A stretch of 64,000 nucleotides of DNA. It comes from Gemmatimonas sp. (GTDB taxonomy: Bacteria; Gemmatimonadota; Gemmatimonadetes; Gemmatimonadales; Gemmatimonadaceae). A program made the translations under genes and the position numbers. Location: the NCBI GenBank assembly GCA_965279375.1, contig OZ257156.1:4256001-4320000 (forward strand). The letters run 5' to 3'. Under the pieces are notes generated by a model. That model was not told the DNA's origin and ran no database searches. It saw only the letters and a program-made list of their open reading frames with translations. Positions 10,578 through 19,763 of the stretch are shown here, piece by piece; the stretch's first letter is position 1, and each line of letters begins with the position of its first letter.

Positions 10578-10614
10578 AAAAACGACTCCGGATCGGCGAG
10601 ATCCGGAGTCGTTT
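10578..10614. terminator. Probable bidirectional intrinsic terminator between the convergent SDR and tRNA-Gly
   Basis: Inverted repeat AAACGACTCCGGATC-ggcga-GATCCGGAGTCGTTT with A and T flanks. Confidence 0.8.
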
Positions 10615-10644
10615 GCGCAGTTGAACCACTGCGGCGTACTGCAG

Positions 10645-10717
<73 letters not shown>

Positions 10718-10828
10718 AGACTGTGAGGCGTCTGCGTACAGCCCGACGACTCACAAGCGGAATCTATGCCGCCGCGCTCAAACGCCGCTAGGTGGTACGC
10801 CAGGTGCTAGGCTTGCCCGACACACCGC

Positions 10829-12583
10829 TCAATTCGGCAGCGGATTCATCGACCGCAGCACCGGGTAGTACGTCGGCGCGGGCGACATGCCGAGCACCGG
10901 ATCCATGATGTTCCACCACATGAAGCCGTCGTCGGAACGCGGGTCCATCAGGATGAACGTCAGTCGCGCGAGTGGCTGCGACATATCGATCACGAGCGAG
11001 CCCACCGGCAGCGCCTGCTGCGTGGCTTCCCATGCGCCCGTCAGCGTCCGCCCCTTGTGCGTCCCCTGATACTCGCGCTCGGCCAGCACGTTCGTCGCGA
11101 TCTTGTAGCGCTCGCCGGTGAACGCGATCTCCTTGTTGGTGATCGAGTACTTGACGCCGTGCGCCTCGAGACGGTCCACGATCGCCGCGATCACGCGCTG
11201 CGTCGGCGTGCCGACGCCCGCGCCTCCGCGTCCGCCGCCACCAAATCCACCGCCGCCCGGAGGACCCGCCGGCGGGCCACTCGGCGCTGCTGCAGCGGCC
11301 GTTGAGGCCAGGTTCGGAATCACCCACACGCGCGGCGCCACGCTCGTCTCGGTCGGCTCGGCGGTGCCATAGAACGGCAGCATCTCCGTCGTGACCGGTC
11401 CGTCGGTGCGCAGACGATACGGACGATCAGCCACATACGGGTTGCGCGTGGACGCCGTCGGCGCAAACACGATCTTCTGCAGGTCAGGATGCTTCACCAA
11501 CTGCTGCCGCACCGCCAGCGACTGCCCCACGATCGACTCGGCGTTGGCCGCCGCGACCACGCTCTGAATCTTCGCGCCGTTCTTGGCGACGAAGCCAAGG
11601 GACTCCTCGAGGAACCAGTACGTCTCGAAAATGCGCGTCTTGAACGACGCATACGAATACGTCTCGGTCAGCAGGCCGAGAATATTGCGTACACCGTAGT
11701 ACGTGGACGTGTAACGCGGCTTGGCCAGCTCCGCATCCGAGCGCCACGCGCGATCGGCACCGGTGCCGGACACGCCGCCGTAGTACCACCAGTCGGAGCC
11801 GTGCTTCGCCTTGATCGTCTTCGTGATCTCCGGCAGCAGCACTTCACGCAGCAGACTCATCTCCGCTTTCGAATTGTTCGGATTGAGCGACGTCTCGTAC
11901 GTCATGTTGAAGCCGCTGGTCGCACTGCCGTCGGTCGTGTGCAGATCCATCGCCACGTGCGGCTGATACCGCGTTAGCAGCGAGGCCATCGAGCGGGCCT
12001 CCGCGGTCTCCATCTTGGTGCCATCGCGATTGAGATCGAGCCCCAACGCGTTCTCGCGCGTACCCATGCCGCCAACGGGCCCCGCCTGCGATCCGCGATT
12101 GGCGACGGTCACGCGCTCGTTGCCATCGGCGTTGTAGATCGGATTGATCATCAGCACCGTCGTCTTGAGCCACTCGTTGCGCTCGCCGCGCGCGATGGAG
12201 CGCAGCAGCCACAGCAACGCTTCCTTTCCTTCCACTTCTCCCGCGTGAATGTTGCCCTGGATGTAGACGCGGGTCTTTTTGGTCGCGAGCACCTGCTCCG
12301 GAGACGCGCCCGGCGCCCCGATCACCGCCAACGGCAGCGGCCGCCCTTCGTACGTGTAGCCGTACGTGGTGAGATGAATCTGCGGATTGGCCGCGGCCAT
12401 CTGCCGCATGTAGGCGACCACCTCGTCGTAGCGACTCGTCTCCGCATAGTCCGTGCGCTCAGGACGCGTCAGCCACTGCGCTCCCCCGGCAGCCTTGGCG
12501 CTCTGCGCAGCGAGGGGCGTTCCACTGAGCGCGGAGCCCGCGAGCACGACCCCGAACGCGGCGAGCGTTGGCAGCAGTCGCAT
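10829..12583 (-). CDS. Secreted M14-family metallopeptidase
   Basis: Signal peptide MRLLPTLAAFGVV..., HAGEVEG, NADG, DLNRD and DLH motifs. Confidence 0.9.
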   Translation of the reverse strand: MRLLPTLAAFGVVLAGSALSGTPLAAQSAKAAGGAQWLTRPERTDYAETSRYDEVVAYMRQMAAANPQIHLTTYGYTYEGRPLPLAVIGAPGASPEQVLATKKTRVYIQGNIHAGEVEGKEALLWLLRSIARGERNEWLKTTVLMINPIYNADGNERVTVANRGSQAGPVGGMGTRENALGLDLNRDGTKMETAEARSMASLLTRYQPHVAMDLHTTDGSATSGFNMTYETSLNPNNSKAEMSLLREVLLPEITKTIKAKHGSDWWYYGGVSGTGADRAWRSDAELAKPRYTSTYYGVRNILGLLTETYSYASFKTRIFETYWFLEESLGFVAKNGAKIQSVVAAANAESIVGQSLAVRQQLVKHPDLQKIVFAPTASTRNPYVADRPYRLRTDGPVTTEMLPFYGTAEPTETSVAPRVWVIPNLASTAAAAAPSGPPAGPPGGGGFGGGGRGGAGVGTPTQRVIAAIVDRLEAHGVKYSITNKEIAFTGERYKIATNVLAEREYQGTHKGRTLTGAWEATQQALPVGSLVIDMSQPLARLTFILMDPRSDDGFMWWNIMDPVLGMSPAPTYYPVLRSMNPLPN

Positions 12584-12678
12584 CGCGCGCGTACGAGTCC
12601 GTTCCGTGCACGAATTGCGATGCGCGCAGACAGGGGACACAGATTGCGAGCAATCAGCTCGCCGACCAGCGAAACCGT

Positions 12679-13194
12679 TCATCGGGCAACTCCAGAAGGT
12701 GACGACGAAACATCCAACTCAAAGTGATCCTGAATCGTGCGGACTTCATGCACGCCGGGGGTGACACCGCCACGCGCACGCACGAGCACGACGATATGCG
12801 ACTTGCCCTTGGTGCGGGCGAACGGCACGACCACCTGCGTGAGTTGCGGCTCGCGCTGCCCCGCAGCGACCACGGGTGTAGCGACGACACTGTCTTCCAC
12901 GACCAGCTCGAAGCGGCGCGCCGCGCTGTCCGGATTGACCAGCGACAACGCGACGGTCACCTCGGTGTCGTCAAACACAGTCAGTGCAAAATGCAGCCAG
13001 CCCGTGGTCTGTCGAAACGGACGGCCGCTGAGCACGCCGTCGATCACGCCCTCGCCGTCGAAGCCATGCGCCTTCTCGCTCGCTGCGTTTCCCACAACAG
13101 CGACGTCCACCACGCGTCGATCGAGACGTGGAGACGCAGCGCTCGGCACAACCTCGCTGATGGCGAGCAGCAAATGGACGAACCAGTGCGGCAC
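12679..13194 (-). CDS. Exported hypothetical protein, DUF6805-like beta-sandwich
   Basis: VDVAVVGNAASEKAHG...RPFRQTTGWLHF resembles the domain found C-terminal to GH127 enzymes; start uncertain. Confidence 0.5.
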   Translation of the reverse strand: MPHWFVHLLLAISEVVPSAASPRLDRRVVDVAVVGNAASEKAHGFDGEGVIDGVLSGRPFRQTTGWLHFALTVFDDTEVTVALSLVNPDSAARRFELVVEDSVVATPVVAAGQREPQLTQVVVPFARTKGKSHIVVLVRARGGVTPGVHEVRTIQDHFELDVSSSPSGVAR

Positions 13195-13376
13195 AAGGCG
13201 AAGGAAGAACGTGAAGGGCGGGTCCAGACTGTACCCGACCGAGAGGCAACCTACTCCGATCCTGGAGACACGGCGAGCGCGCAGCGCTTCAGACTCCGCT
13301 TGACGGCACGCCCACGACTGTCGTACGCTCCGCACACACCGTTCGCTGGCGTGGTCACACTTCCTCGGCACGACGC

Positions 13377-14240
13377 ATGATTCAGCGGTCAGGCGGGATC
13401 ACCTCTCTCAGGCGCGCAGGCGCACGCGCCGTTGCGTTGGGTGCGCTGACGATCATCGCCAACGCGCTGAATCCCGACACCGCGCTCGGTCAGCGGCGGG
13501 GCGGCTACAATTCGCCGTGCTCCACGAGCTGGGACGAACAGAACTACTTCATTTCGCCGTTCTTCCGTGGGCGACCGGCCTACGATGGGCGCATCACGTT
13601 CGCGCGCATCAAGTACCGCGGCGCCTATGAGTGCGGCCGCGAAGGGCCCGGGTGGGCGCACGACTATCCGCGCACCGAGTCGCACTTCCTGAAAATCCTG
13701 AGCGAGCTCTCCACTACGCGCGTCATCCCCGGCGACGGGCCGATCATCGGGGGTGACGTCGTGCGATTGGACGAGGCCGCGATCTACCAGTACCCCGTCG
13801 CATATCTCTCAGAACCCGGCGGCTGGCAACTCAGCGACGCTGAACTCGCCGGACTCAGGCAGTATGTCGCCAAGGGAGGCTTCATCATCTTCGACGACAT
13901 CGAAGGCGATCCCAATCCCGACTATCGGAATCTCCTCTCGCAGTGGAAGCGCGCCTTCCCTGCACTGCGCCCGATCCGGCTCACCAACGCGCACCCGATC
14001 TTCAACAGCTTCTTTCACATCGATCTCGCCAAGATTCCGAGCAAGACCGGGCGCTACGACCCGGAATACATGGCATTCTTCGAGGACAACGATCCATCCA
14101 AGCGCATGCTCGCCGTGATCGACAACTACGCCGACGTGGGAGAGTTCATCCAATTCTCCGACGAAGGCTACAACATGGTTCCGGCGAACGAAGCGTATAA
14201 GCTGTGGGTCAACTATTTCGTGTACGCACTCACGCACTGA
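13377..14240 (+). CDS. DUF4159 domain protein
   Basis: FARIKY, WAHDYP, YPVAYLSEPG, LRQYVAKGGFIIFDD, HPIF and a YALTH C-terminus. Confidence 0.85.
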   Translation: MIQRSGGITSLRRAGARAVALGALTIIANALNPDTALGQRRGGYNSPCSTSWDEQNYFISPFFRGRPAYDGRITFARIKYRGAYECGREGPGWAHDYPRTESHFLKILSELSTTRVIPGDGPIIGGDVVRLDEAAIYQYPVAYLSEPGGWQLSDAELAGLRQYVAKGGFIIFDDIEGDPNPDYRNLLSQWKRAFPALRPIRLTNAHPIFNSFFHIDLAKIPSKTGRYDPEYMAFFEDNDPSKRMLAVIDNYADVGEFIQFSDEGYNMVPANEAYKLWVNYFVYALTH

Positions 14241-14264
14241 TTCCTCCCCAACTCTCGCGAATCC

Positions 14265-14813
14265 ATGGCCGAGTACTCCGCCGTCGCCTCTGTAGGCGCC
14301 AGCATCGAAGCGCTGCTCACTCGCGCCTTCACTGATCCGCAATCCACGCCACCAGTGCCGGACGCCATAACCACGGCGGTTCTCACACGTCCGGGGCATG
14401 CGTGGCCGCTCGGCTTGCTCACGCCTCCCGCGCTCTCTGTGCTGCTCTATCGCGTGGCCGTGAGTCCGGTGATTCGAAACACCACGCCCATGCCTCGCTC
14501 TGGTGGCCTGGGCGGAACGAGCATCGCGCTCAACCTGCACTACCTGCTGACCGCGTGGGCCGATGACGCCGTCGCCGAGCAGCGGATCATCGCGCGCGCG
14601 CTGCAGGCGCTGGAGCAGACGCCGATGCTCTCGGGCCCACTTCTCGATCCTGCCACCGAGTGGGGCCCGGACGACGCCGTTCAGCTCGTGTCGGAGGACT
14701 TGCCACTCGAGCAGCTGCTCAAGTTGCACGAGCTGGGCGCGACGGAGCTGCGGCCGAGCATCTGCTTTGTGGCGCGCGTCTCACGTTTCGATATCCGCGC
14801 GGCCACTCTCTAA
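14265..14813 (+). CDS. DUF4255 (Pvc16/Afp16-like cap or tail terminator of extracellular contractile injection systems)
   Basis: LSVLLYRV...RN, LNLHYLLTAW, EQRII and RPSICFVAR motifs; directly upstream of a sheath gene. Confidence 0.8.
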   Translation: MAEYSAVASVGASIEALLTRAFTDPQSTPPVPDAITTAVLTRPGHAWPLGLLTPPALSVLLYRVAVSPVIRNTTPMPRSGGLGGTSIALNLHYLLTAWADDAVAEQRIIARALQALEQTPMLSGPLLDPATEWGPDDAVQLVSEDLPLEQLLKLHELGATELRPSICFVARVSRFDIRAATL

Positions 14814-14830
14814 CCACTCTCTAACCACTC
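14803..14830 (+). repeat. 11-bp tandem repeat (CCACTCTCTAA x2.5) spanning the DUF4255 stop codon
   Basis: ccactctctaa ccactctctaa ccactc read directly. Confidence 0.85.
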
Positions 14831-14841
14831 GCTGCCGCCAC

Positions 14842-16701
14842 ATGTCCGCCCCGATCCAGGGATTCGTCGCCCCCGGCGTCTTCGTCGAGGAGACGAGCTT
14901 TCGGTCACAGACCATTGCCGACTTGCCCACTGGCATAGCCGGCTTCGTGGGGGCCACGCGCTACGGGCCCGTCGCGTATCCCGGCGGGCCGGCCAACACG
15001 GCACCCGTTCGCGTCAGCTCGTTCATCGAGTTCGAGGCGATCTTCGGCGACACTGTGCGCCTGCTGACGCCAACGGATGCCGATCAACGTCCACCGTACA
15101 CAGCACACGCCGCCAACATGTTTTTCGCCAATGGCGGCGAAGTACTCTACGTCGCGCGAACCTTCGCGCCGCGCCAGCTGAACGGAGTCGACGACTGGGG
15201 CGTGGCGTCGGCGAGCTTCCTGGTAGCGGGAAGCGCGGCCACGTGGCGTGCACGCTGGCCCGGTGCCGCCGGCAACGTCAGCATCTCGCTCGAGATCGAG
15301 CGCAGCGGCAACATCGCCACGACCAACGCCGCGTTCGGCAGTGCAATGCAAGTCGCCGGCGCCGGTCACGGGGCCGTCGTCGAGATCATCAAGCGCGCCG
15401 CTGCGCCACAGGGCATCGGGCCAACGGGCAATGCGCCGCTCGGTCCGAGCACGCTCGCGCAAGTGGAGGTGAACGCGAAGACCGGGCGACAGACCTTCCG
15501 ACGTGGCACGCGCACCGTACGCCCCGCCGCAACGGACATCATTCAACTGATCGAAGTTCGCGCGACCATCCACATCGATGGTGCGCGTACCGACGTCTAC
15601 CCGTCGCTCGGGGCGCATCCGCAGCACGCACGTGCAGTCACCGCCGTCCTGTCGCGTGATGCGAGCACGCCGTCAAATGCGCATGTATGGCTCGATTGGG
15701 ATTGGAGCTCCGCGACCGGAACGGATCTCGCCGCACGCATGATGGTGGCGCTGCAGCAACTCGGCACCGTGCAGCTGACCGGCGGGCACGACGGCGGAAC
15801 GATCACCCCTGACCTGCTGCGCGGTGCTGCTGCGGACAGCGCGACCGGCGCAGGTGCGACCGGCCTTGAGGCGCTGGCCGAGATCGAGGAGGTCGCAGTC
15901 GTGGCAATGCCCGACGCGGGTGCACTTGATGAACCCGGAGCGGCCGAAGCGGCCACCACGCATCTGCTCGACCATGTACAGCGACTTCGCCATCGCTTCG
16001 CCGTGGTGGACGGCCCACCGTCGAGTACGATCAGTGACATCCAACAATTCCGCGCACGCTTCGACTGTACACGTGCGGCGTTGTACTTCCCGTGGCTGGA
16101 AACGTTCGACGGTGCGACAGGTCAACCGATCATGGTACCACCCTCGGGCGCGATCTGCGGCATCTATGCGGCCAACGATGTGCAGCGCGGCGTCTTTCAC
16201 TCGCCTGCCAACGTGTCCATCAACGGCGTCACGCGCTTCGAGCAGACACTGAACAGCGCGCAGACCGATGTACTCACGGCCGAGGGAATCAACGCCCTCC
16301 GCACGTTCACCGGGCGTGGCCACGTGGTGTGGGGCGCGCGTACGATGAGCGGCGACCCGGAGTGGCGACACCTGAGCGTTCGTCGTTTCGTGAGCGCGAT
16401 GGAGCACTCGATCGAACGCGGCCTTGCCTGGACGGCGTTCGAGCCCAACGGAGATGTGCTGTGGGCCGCGGTTCGTCGCACCATCGAAGACTTTCTGCTC
16501 ATGCAGTGGCAGGCCGGTGCACTCCTCGGCGACAAACCAGAGAAGGCCTTCTTCGTGCGATGCGATCGTTCCACGATGTCGCAGGCCGACATCGACAGCG
16601 GGCGCATGGTCTGTCTGATCGGCGTCGCACCGGTGCGGCCGGCCGAGTTCGTAATCTTCCGCATGGCACAGTGGACGGCGGACGCCACCGTCGTCCTCTG
16701 A
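14842..16701 (+). CDS. Contractile tail sheath protein (eCIS / Afp2-3-like)
   Basis: APGVFVEE N-terminus; AALYFPW, PPSG, RGVFHSPAN, VWGARTMS, SVRR, FEPN and IGVAPVRPAEFVIFR motifs. Confidence 0.92.
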   Translation: MSAPIQGFVAPGVFVEETSFRSQTIADLPTGIAGFVGATRYGPVAYPGGPANTAPVRVSSFIEFEAIFGDTVRLLTPTDADQRPPYTAHAANMFFANGGEVLYVARTFAPRQLNGVDDWGVASASFLVAGSAATWRARWPGAAGNVSISLEIERSGNIATTNAAFGSAMQVAGAGHGAVVEIIKRAAAPQGIGPTGNAPLGPSTLAQVEVNAKTGRQTFRRGTRTVRPAATDIIQLIEVRATIHIDGARTDVYPSLGAHPQHARAVTAVLSRDASTPSNAHVWLDWDWSSATGTDLAARMMVALQQLGTVQLTGGHDGGTITPDLLRGAAADSATGAGATGLEALAEIEEVAVVAMPDAGALDEPGAAEAATTHLLDHVQRLRHRFAVVDGPPSSTISDIQQFRARFDCTRAALYFPWLETFDGATGQPIMVPPSGAICGIYAANDVQRGVFHSPANVSINGVTRFEQTLNSAQTDVLTAEGINALRTFTGRGHVVWGARTMSGDPEWRHLSVRRFVSAMEHSIERGLAWTAFEPNGDVLWAAVRRTIEDFLLMQWQAGALLGDKPEKAFFVRCDRSTMSQADIDSGRMVCLIGVAPVRPAEFVIFRMAQWTADATVVL

Positions 16702-16716
16702 GCAGAGCAGGCGCGA

Positions 16717-17613
16717 CTACGGTTTCTTCGTCGCCGTGGCCTCGAGTTCGTCCGTATCCTGCCGCACCGAAAACGTGACCGGCTGTCCGGGTACGCGCTT
16801 GAACGTGAACATCATGTCCGGTCTCAGCACTTCGTAGATGGCGCCGGTCTTGTCATACAGGCCGGGCGCGAAGATGTCCGGCCCCACGCGAATGAGCGCG
16901 AATGTTTTCATGTACGAGTCTTCGGGTTCCCACCGCCCCTTGAGCGTCTTGTCTTCGTACGTGACGATGAACGTGCTCACGCCGTTGTCGCCTCGCGGTG
17001 GCTTCGCCAAGCGGTACTCGTAGCGCCCCACATACGGTTTTGCGTCGGCCTCGGGCATGGTCACCTCGAGCGACGGCGTGACTGCGACCTTGAGGTTGGC
17101 GCGTGTCGTGCCCCACTGCATTGCGAGGTTGCCGCCAGTCGCCGACAGCTCGGGCATCCACCAGGTGAGCACCTCCATGAATGGCGCTTGCTCCACCGGC
17201 GTGCGGATGCGGATCTGCTTCGCACTCGAGTCGGGCGGATCCATGTGGAAGATGCGGAAGTTCGGATCGAGCACGGTGGTCCAGTCGCCTTGCTCACGAA
17301 GCACCATCCACACCGAGTACTTGCCCTTGGGCACGGGGCGGCCGTTCAGCGTGATGTCCTTGCTCACCTCGAGGACGGTGGCGTAGTTGGCGCCCGGCGT
17401 CCACACCTCACCCCAGTGTGCGACGCTCGTACCAAACAGCGGCGACCTCCCACGAGCACGCGGGCGCGAGTACGTCACGCTGAGGCGCGTGCCGTCGATG
17501 GTTTGCGACATCGTGGCGAGTTCACTGGCGCGGATCTGCGCCGCCACGGTGTGCGGTACGAATGCGAGAGCGCAGACGCCAACGAATGTCAGCGCACGAG
17601 CGATGGGGCGCAT
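16717..17613 (-). CDS. DUF2911 domain exported protein
   Basis: Signal peptide, then YSRPRARGR...WTPGAN...GKYSVW. Confidence 0.85.
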   Translation of the reverse strand: MRPIARALTFVGVCALAFVPHTVAAQIRASELATMSQTIDGTRLSVTYSRPRARGRSPLFGTSVAHWGEVWTPGANYATVLEVSKDITLNGRPVPKGKYSVWMVLREQGDWTTVLDPNFRIFHMDPPDSSAKQIRIRTPVEQAPFMEVLTWWMPELSATGGNLAMQWGTTRANLKVAVTPSLEVTMPEADAKPYVGRYEYRLAKPPRGDNGVSTFIVTYEDKTLKGRWEPEDSYMKTFALIRVGPDIFAPGLYDKTGAIYEVLRPDMMFTFKRVPGQPVTFSVRQDTDELEATATKKP

Positions 17614-17672
17614 GGAGAAATCAGTAGGTGTGTGGGATTGCGACCGCAGCCGCATCGACGCCGATCTGGAAG

Positions 17673-18167
17673 TCAGCCAAACTGCGCGTCCACGGCGACG
17701 CGAATCTGTGCGAGCGTCTGTCCTTCGCCGTGCAGCCGCACCACCAGCCGACCGGTGCCTTGGCAGATCGGGCAGATCTTGGCCATGGCGTCGCCCTCGT
17801 AGCAGCTGAGCAGCGAGTAGAAGCCGGGCAGTTCAGCGCAGCCACAGCTGCAACGGATTCCGTCAGCAATGGCGGGTATGGCGCGAATGCCATCAAAGAG
17901 CGTCTGGAGCTCGGGTCGAGACGCCAGTTCACTTGCCGCGAGCACTTTGGCGGCGGTGATGCCCTTGCGAGGCGTGGGATGCACTCGTGCGCGCGTGTCA
18001 TGCGCGTGCGCCGGTCCGCACAGCCCGCCGTCACGTGAGTCGGACGAGACATTGAAGCGCGATCTCGTATCGAACCAGCTGCCTGCGCCGATCAGCGCGA
18101 ACGCGCTGAGAAAGTGGCGTCGATTCCCACGTCCATCCAACGCACGATCCAGCCAACGTTCCGACAT
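17673..18167 (-). CDS. PCYCGC-motif-like Cys-rich protein with twin-arginine-like signal
   Basis: NRRHFL signal; RCSCGC...SLLSCYE...CPIC. Confidence 0.7.
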   Translation of the reverse strand: MSERWLDRALDGRGNRRHFLSAFALIGAGSWFDTRSRFNVSSDSRDGGLCGPAHAHDTRARVHPTPRKGITAAKVLAASELASRPELQTLFDGIRAIPAIADGIRCSCGCAELPGFYSLLSCYEGDAMAKICPICQGTGRLVVRLHGEGQTLAQIRVAVDAQFG

Positions 18168-18215
18168 CGGAGTCGCTCCCAAGCGAGGGACCTGATGTGT
18201 CGCGCACACAAACGA

Positions 18216-18242
18216 CAACGGCCTCCAAATTGGAGGCCGTTG
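18216..18242 (-). terminator. Hairpin downstream of the tRNA remnant (probable original tRNA terminator)
   Basis: CAACGGCCTCCA-aat-TGGAGGCCGTTG perfect 12-bp stem. Confidence 0.7.
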
Positions 18243-18286
18243 CGTATTGATGCCAGTCAAATGCTGTGCTGCTATGTGAGATCGAG

Positions 18287-18318
18287 AGCCACAGATCGGG
18301 ATTGAACCGATGACCGCT
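18287..18318 (-). other. Truncated tRNA 3' half (T-arm plus acceptor 3' strand, probably Thr), a putative prophage att core
   Basis: Reverse complement AGCGGTC-ATCGG-TTCAATC-CCGAT-CTGTGGC-T. No D or anticodon arm and no GCCACAG 5' strand upstream. Lies exactly at the host/phage gene boundary. Confidence 0.8.
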
Positions 18319-18494
18319 TCACTCTCAGAAGTGGCGAGAATCACCCAAGTCGTTGTCCTACATGATCGTATTACCAGCAAGCCAACCGCGCAAGGGGGCC
18401 GAAACGCACCCAAAGTGGCGTCCAAAGGCTTCCCGATTCCGTCCCGGCCTCGGCGCCCCTCTGTGCGCATCCGGGCGGCGCGGAGGATTCGCGC

Positions 18495-18989
18495 ATGATG
18501 CCGAATACCACCACCCTGGACGACGTCCTGCTTGGCGTCGAGTTGGCGTTCGTGCGCGAGGAACGCGCCGCGCAGCGTCGGCAGCCGCTGGCGTTCCGGG
18601 CCCCCACCGGACGCCCGACCTCCCGGCAGGATGCACTCATGGTGATGATCGATCGGATCACGGACGCGCAGCTCGCGCGGCTCCGGGAGGACCCGCGCTG
18701 GGCCCAGACCAGCACGGCCGACCGGCTCGTCGTCCAGATGGTCACCGAACGGACCATCTCCACGGGGGCTGGTTGCCCGGCGCCGGCGCTCGGGGTCTTC
18801 GGCCGCATGGCGCGCCAGATGGCGCAGGGCGACGACGTCTTGGGCCCGGACGCCCCCGGCTCGGTGCTGGCCTGCGCCTACTTCTACGAGGTCGCCGGGC
18901 ACTACTGGCCGTGCTCGATTCCGCATGACCTCGCGGTCGCCTACGCGGTCAGCGGACTGCCGGCGCGCGCGGATCAGGAGGCACGCTGA
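18495..18989 (+). CDS. Phage hypothetical protein
   Basis: GGAGG RBS, TGATG coupling to the next ORF. Confidence 0.7.
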   Translation: MMPNTTTLDDVLLGVELAFVREERAAQRRQPLAFRAPTGRPTSRQDALMVMIDRITDAQLARLREDPRWAQTSTADRLVVQMVTERTISTGAGCPAPALGVFGRMARQMAQGDDVLGPDAPGSVLACAYFYEVAGHYWPCSIPHDLAVAYAVSGLPARADQEAR

Positions 18990-19357
18990 TGCGCAGCGGA
19001 TCGATGCCGGACCGGGGTGACGCCGTCGAGGCGGCACGCGCCCGGCGCCAGGCCGCGGACCTCGGCCCGTTGTTCGACGTGCCGGTCCCCCCGATGGCGA
19101 CCCACGATGACTACGCCACGTCGCGCGCAGCCGCCGATGCGGTCGCGCCCATCACCGGCGCGCTGCGGCTGCAGGTCTTGGCGGTGATTCGTGCGACGCC
19201 GAAGATCACGGACCCAGAGCTCGAGCGCCTGCCACAGTTCGCGCAGTACGCCGCCTCGACGGTGCGGAAGCGTCGGAGCGAGTTGCTCAAGATGGGCGAG
19301 CTGCGCGCGGACGGAGCGCGTGACGGGGCCTCTTGCTGGGTCGCGGTGCAGCCGTGA
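18989..19357 (+). CDS. Phage winged-HTH-like DNA-binding protein
   Basis: TDPELE...STVRKRRSELLKMG pattern typical of small phage wHTH proteins. Confidence 0.6.
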   Translation: MRSGSMPDRGDAVEAARARRQAADLGPLFDVPVPPMATHDDYATSRAAADAVAPITGALRLQVLAVIRATPKITDPELERLPQFAQYAASTVRKRRSELLKMGELRADGARDGASCWVAVQP

Positions 19358-19388
19358 CCTTGCGTCTTTGGCACGGTGTCCCTACCAT
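19358..19388 (+). promoter_or_regulatory. Conserved phage promoter motif, copy 1
   Basis: CCTTGCGTCTTTGGCACG; TTGCGT-17nt-TACCAT. Confidence 0.7.
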
Positions 19389-19393
19389 CCCTC

Positions 19394-19516
19394 GTCCGGT
19401 TCTGACCCCACTGGACAGTCTGCACGGAGCATCACGCGCCCCGCTGCCATCGGCCCTGCACGGCACCTCACGGTGTCGTCTGGGGGGGTCACCGATGGCA
19501 CGGGGCGCGTTTTTTT
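19394..19516 (+). ncRNA. Structured leader / attenuator RNA candidate
   Basis: Small hairpin 19394-19416; long stem 19434-19453 / 19492-19510 with inner stem 19460-19479, followed by a T-run. Confidence 0.6.
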
Positions 19517-19532
19517 ATCGGGAGGCACTGCG

Positions 19533-19763
19533 GTGACGACGCATATACAACTCGTGCGACCGGGCACCGTGCCGCGTCCATTTGCTGCATCGGCCAACAC
19601 GTCCGCGCTCCGTCCTGTTGACCAAGCGCTGTGCGCGCAATGGTTCCGGCGATTGTTGCGTGAACACGTTGAGACGCCGTCTGATCCCATTCGCCTCCCC
19701 GCGCACGTCGTCGCGCGCATTGCCGCCACCTTCGAGCAGGCTACCGGGCATACCGATGGCTAG
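19533..19763 (+). CDS. Phage hypothetical protein
   Basis: GGGAGG RBS plus GTG; overlaps the next ORF. Confidence 0.6.
   Translation: MTTHIQLVRPGTVPRPFAASANTSALRPVDQALCAQWFRRLLREHVETPSDPIRLPAHVVARIAATFEQATGHTDG

Noticed and set aside
14842..16701. Sheath as part of the prophage tail (myovirus)
   Set aside because: It lies outside the att boundary, pairs with DUF4255, and the prophage tail module has siphovirus order.
19368..19385. Sigma54 promoter reading of TTGGCACG
   Set aside because: None of the five copies has the -12 TTGC at the required spacing.
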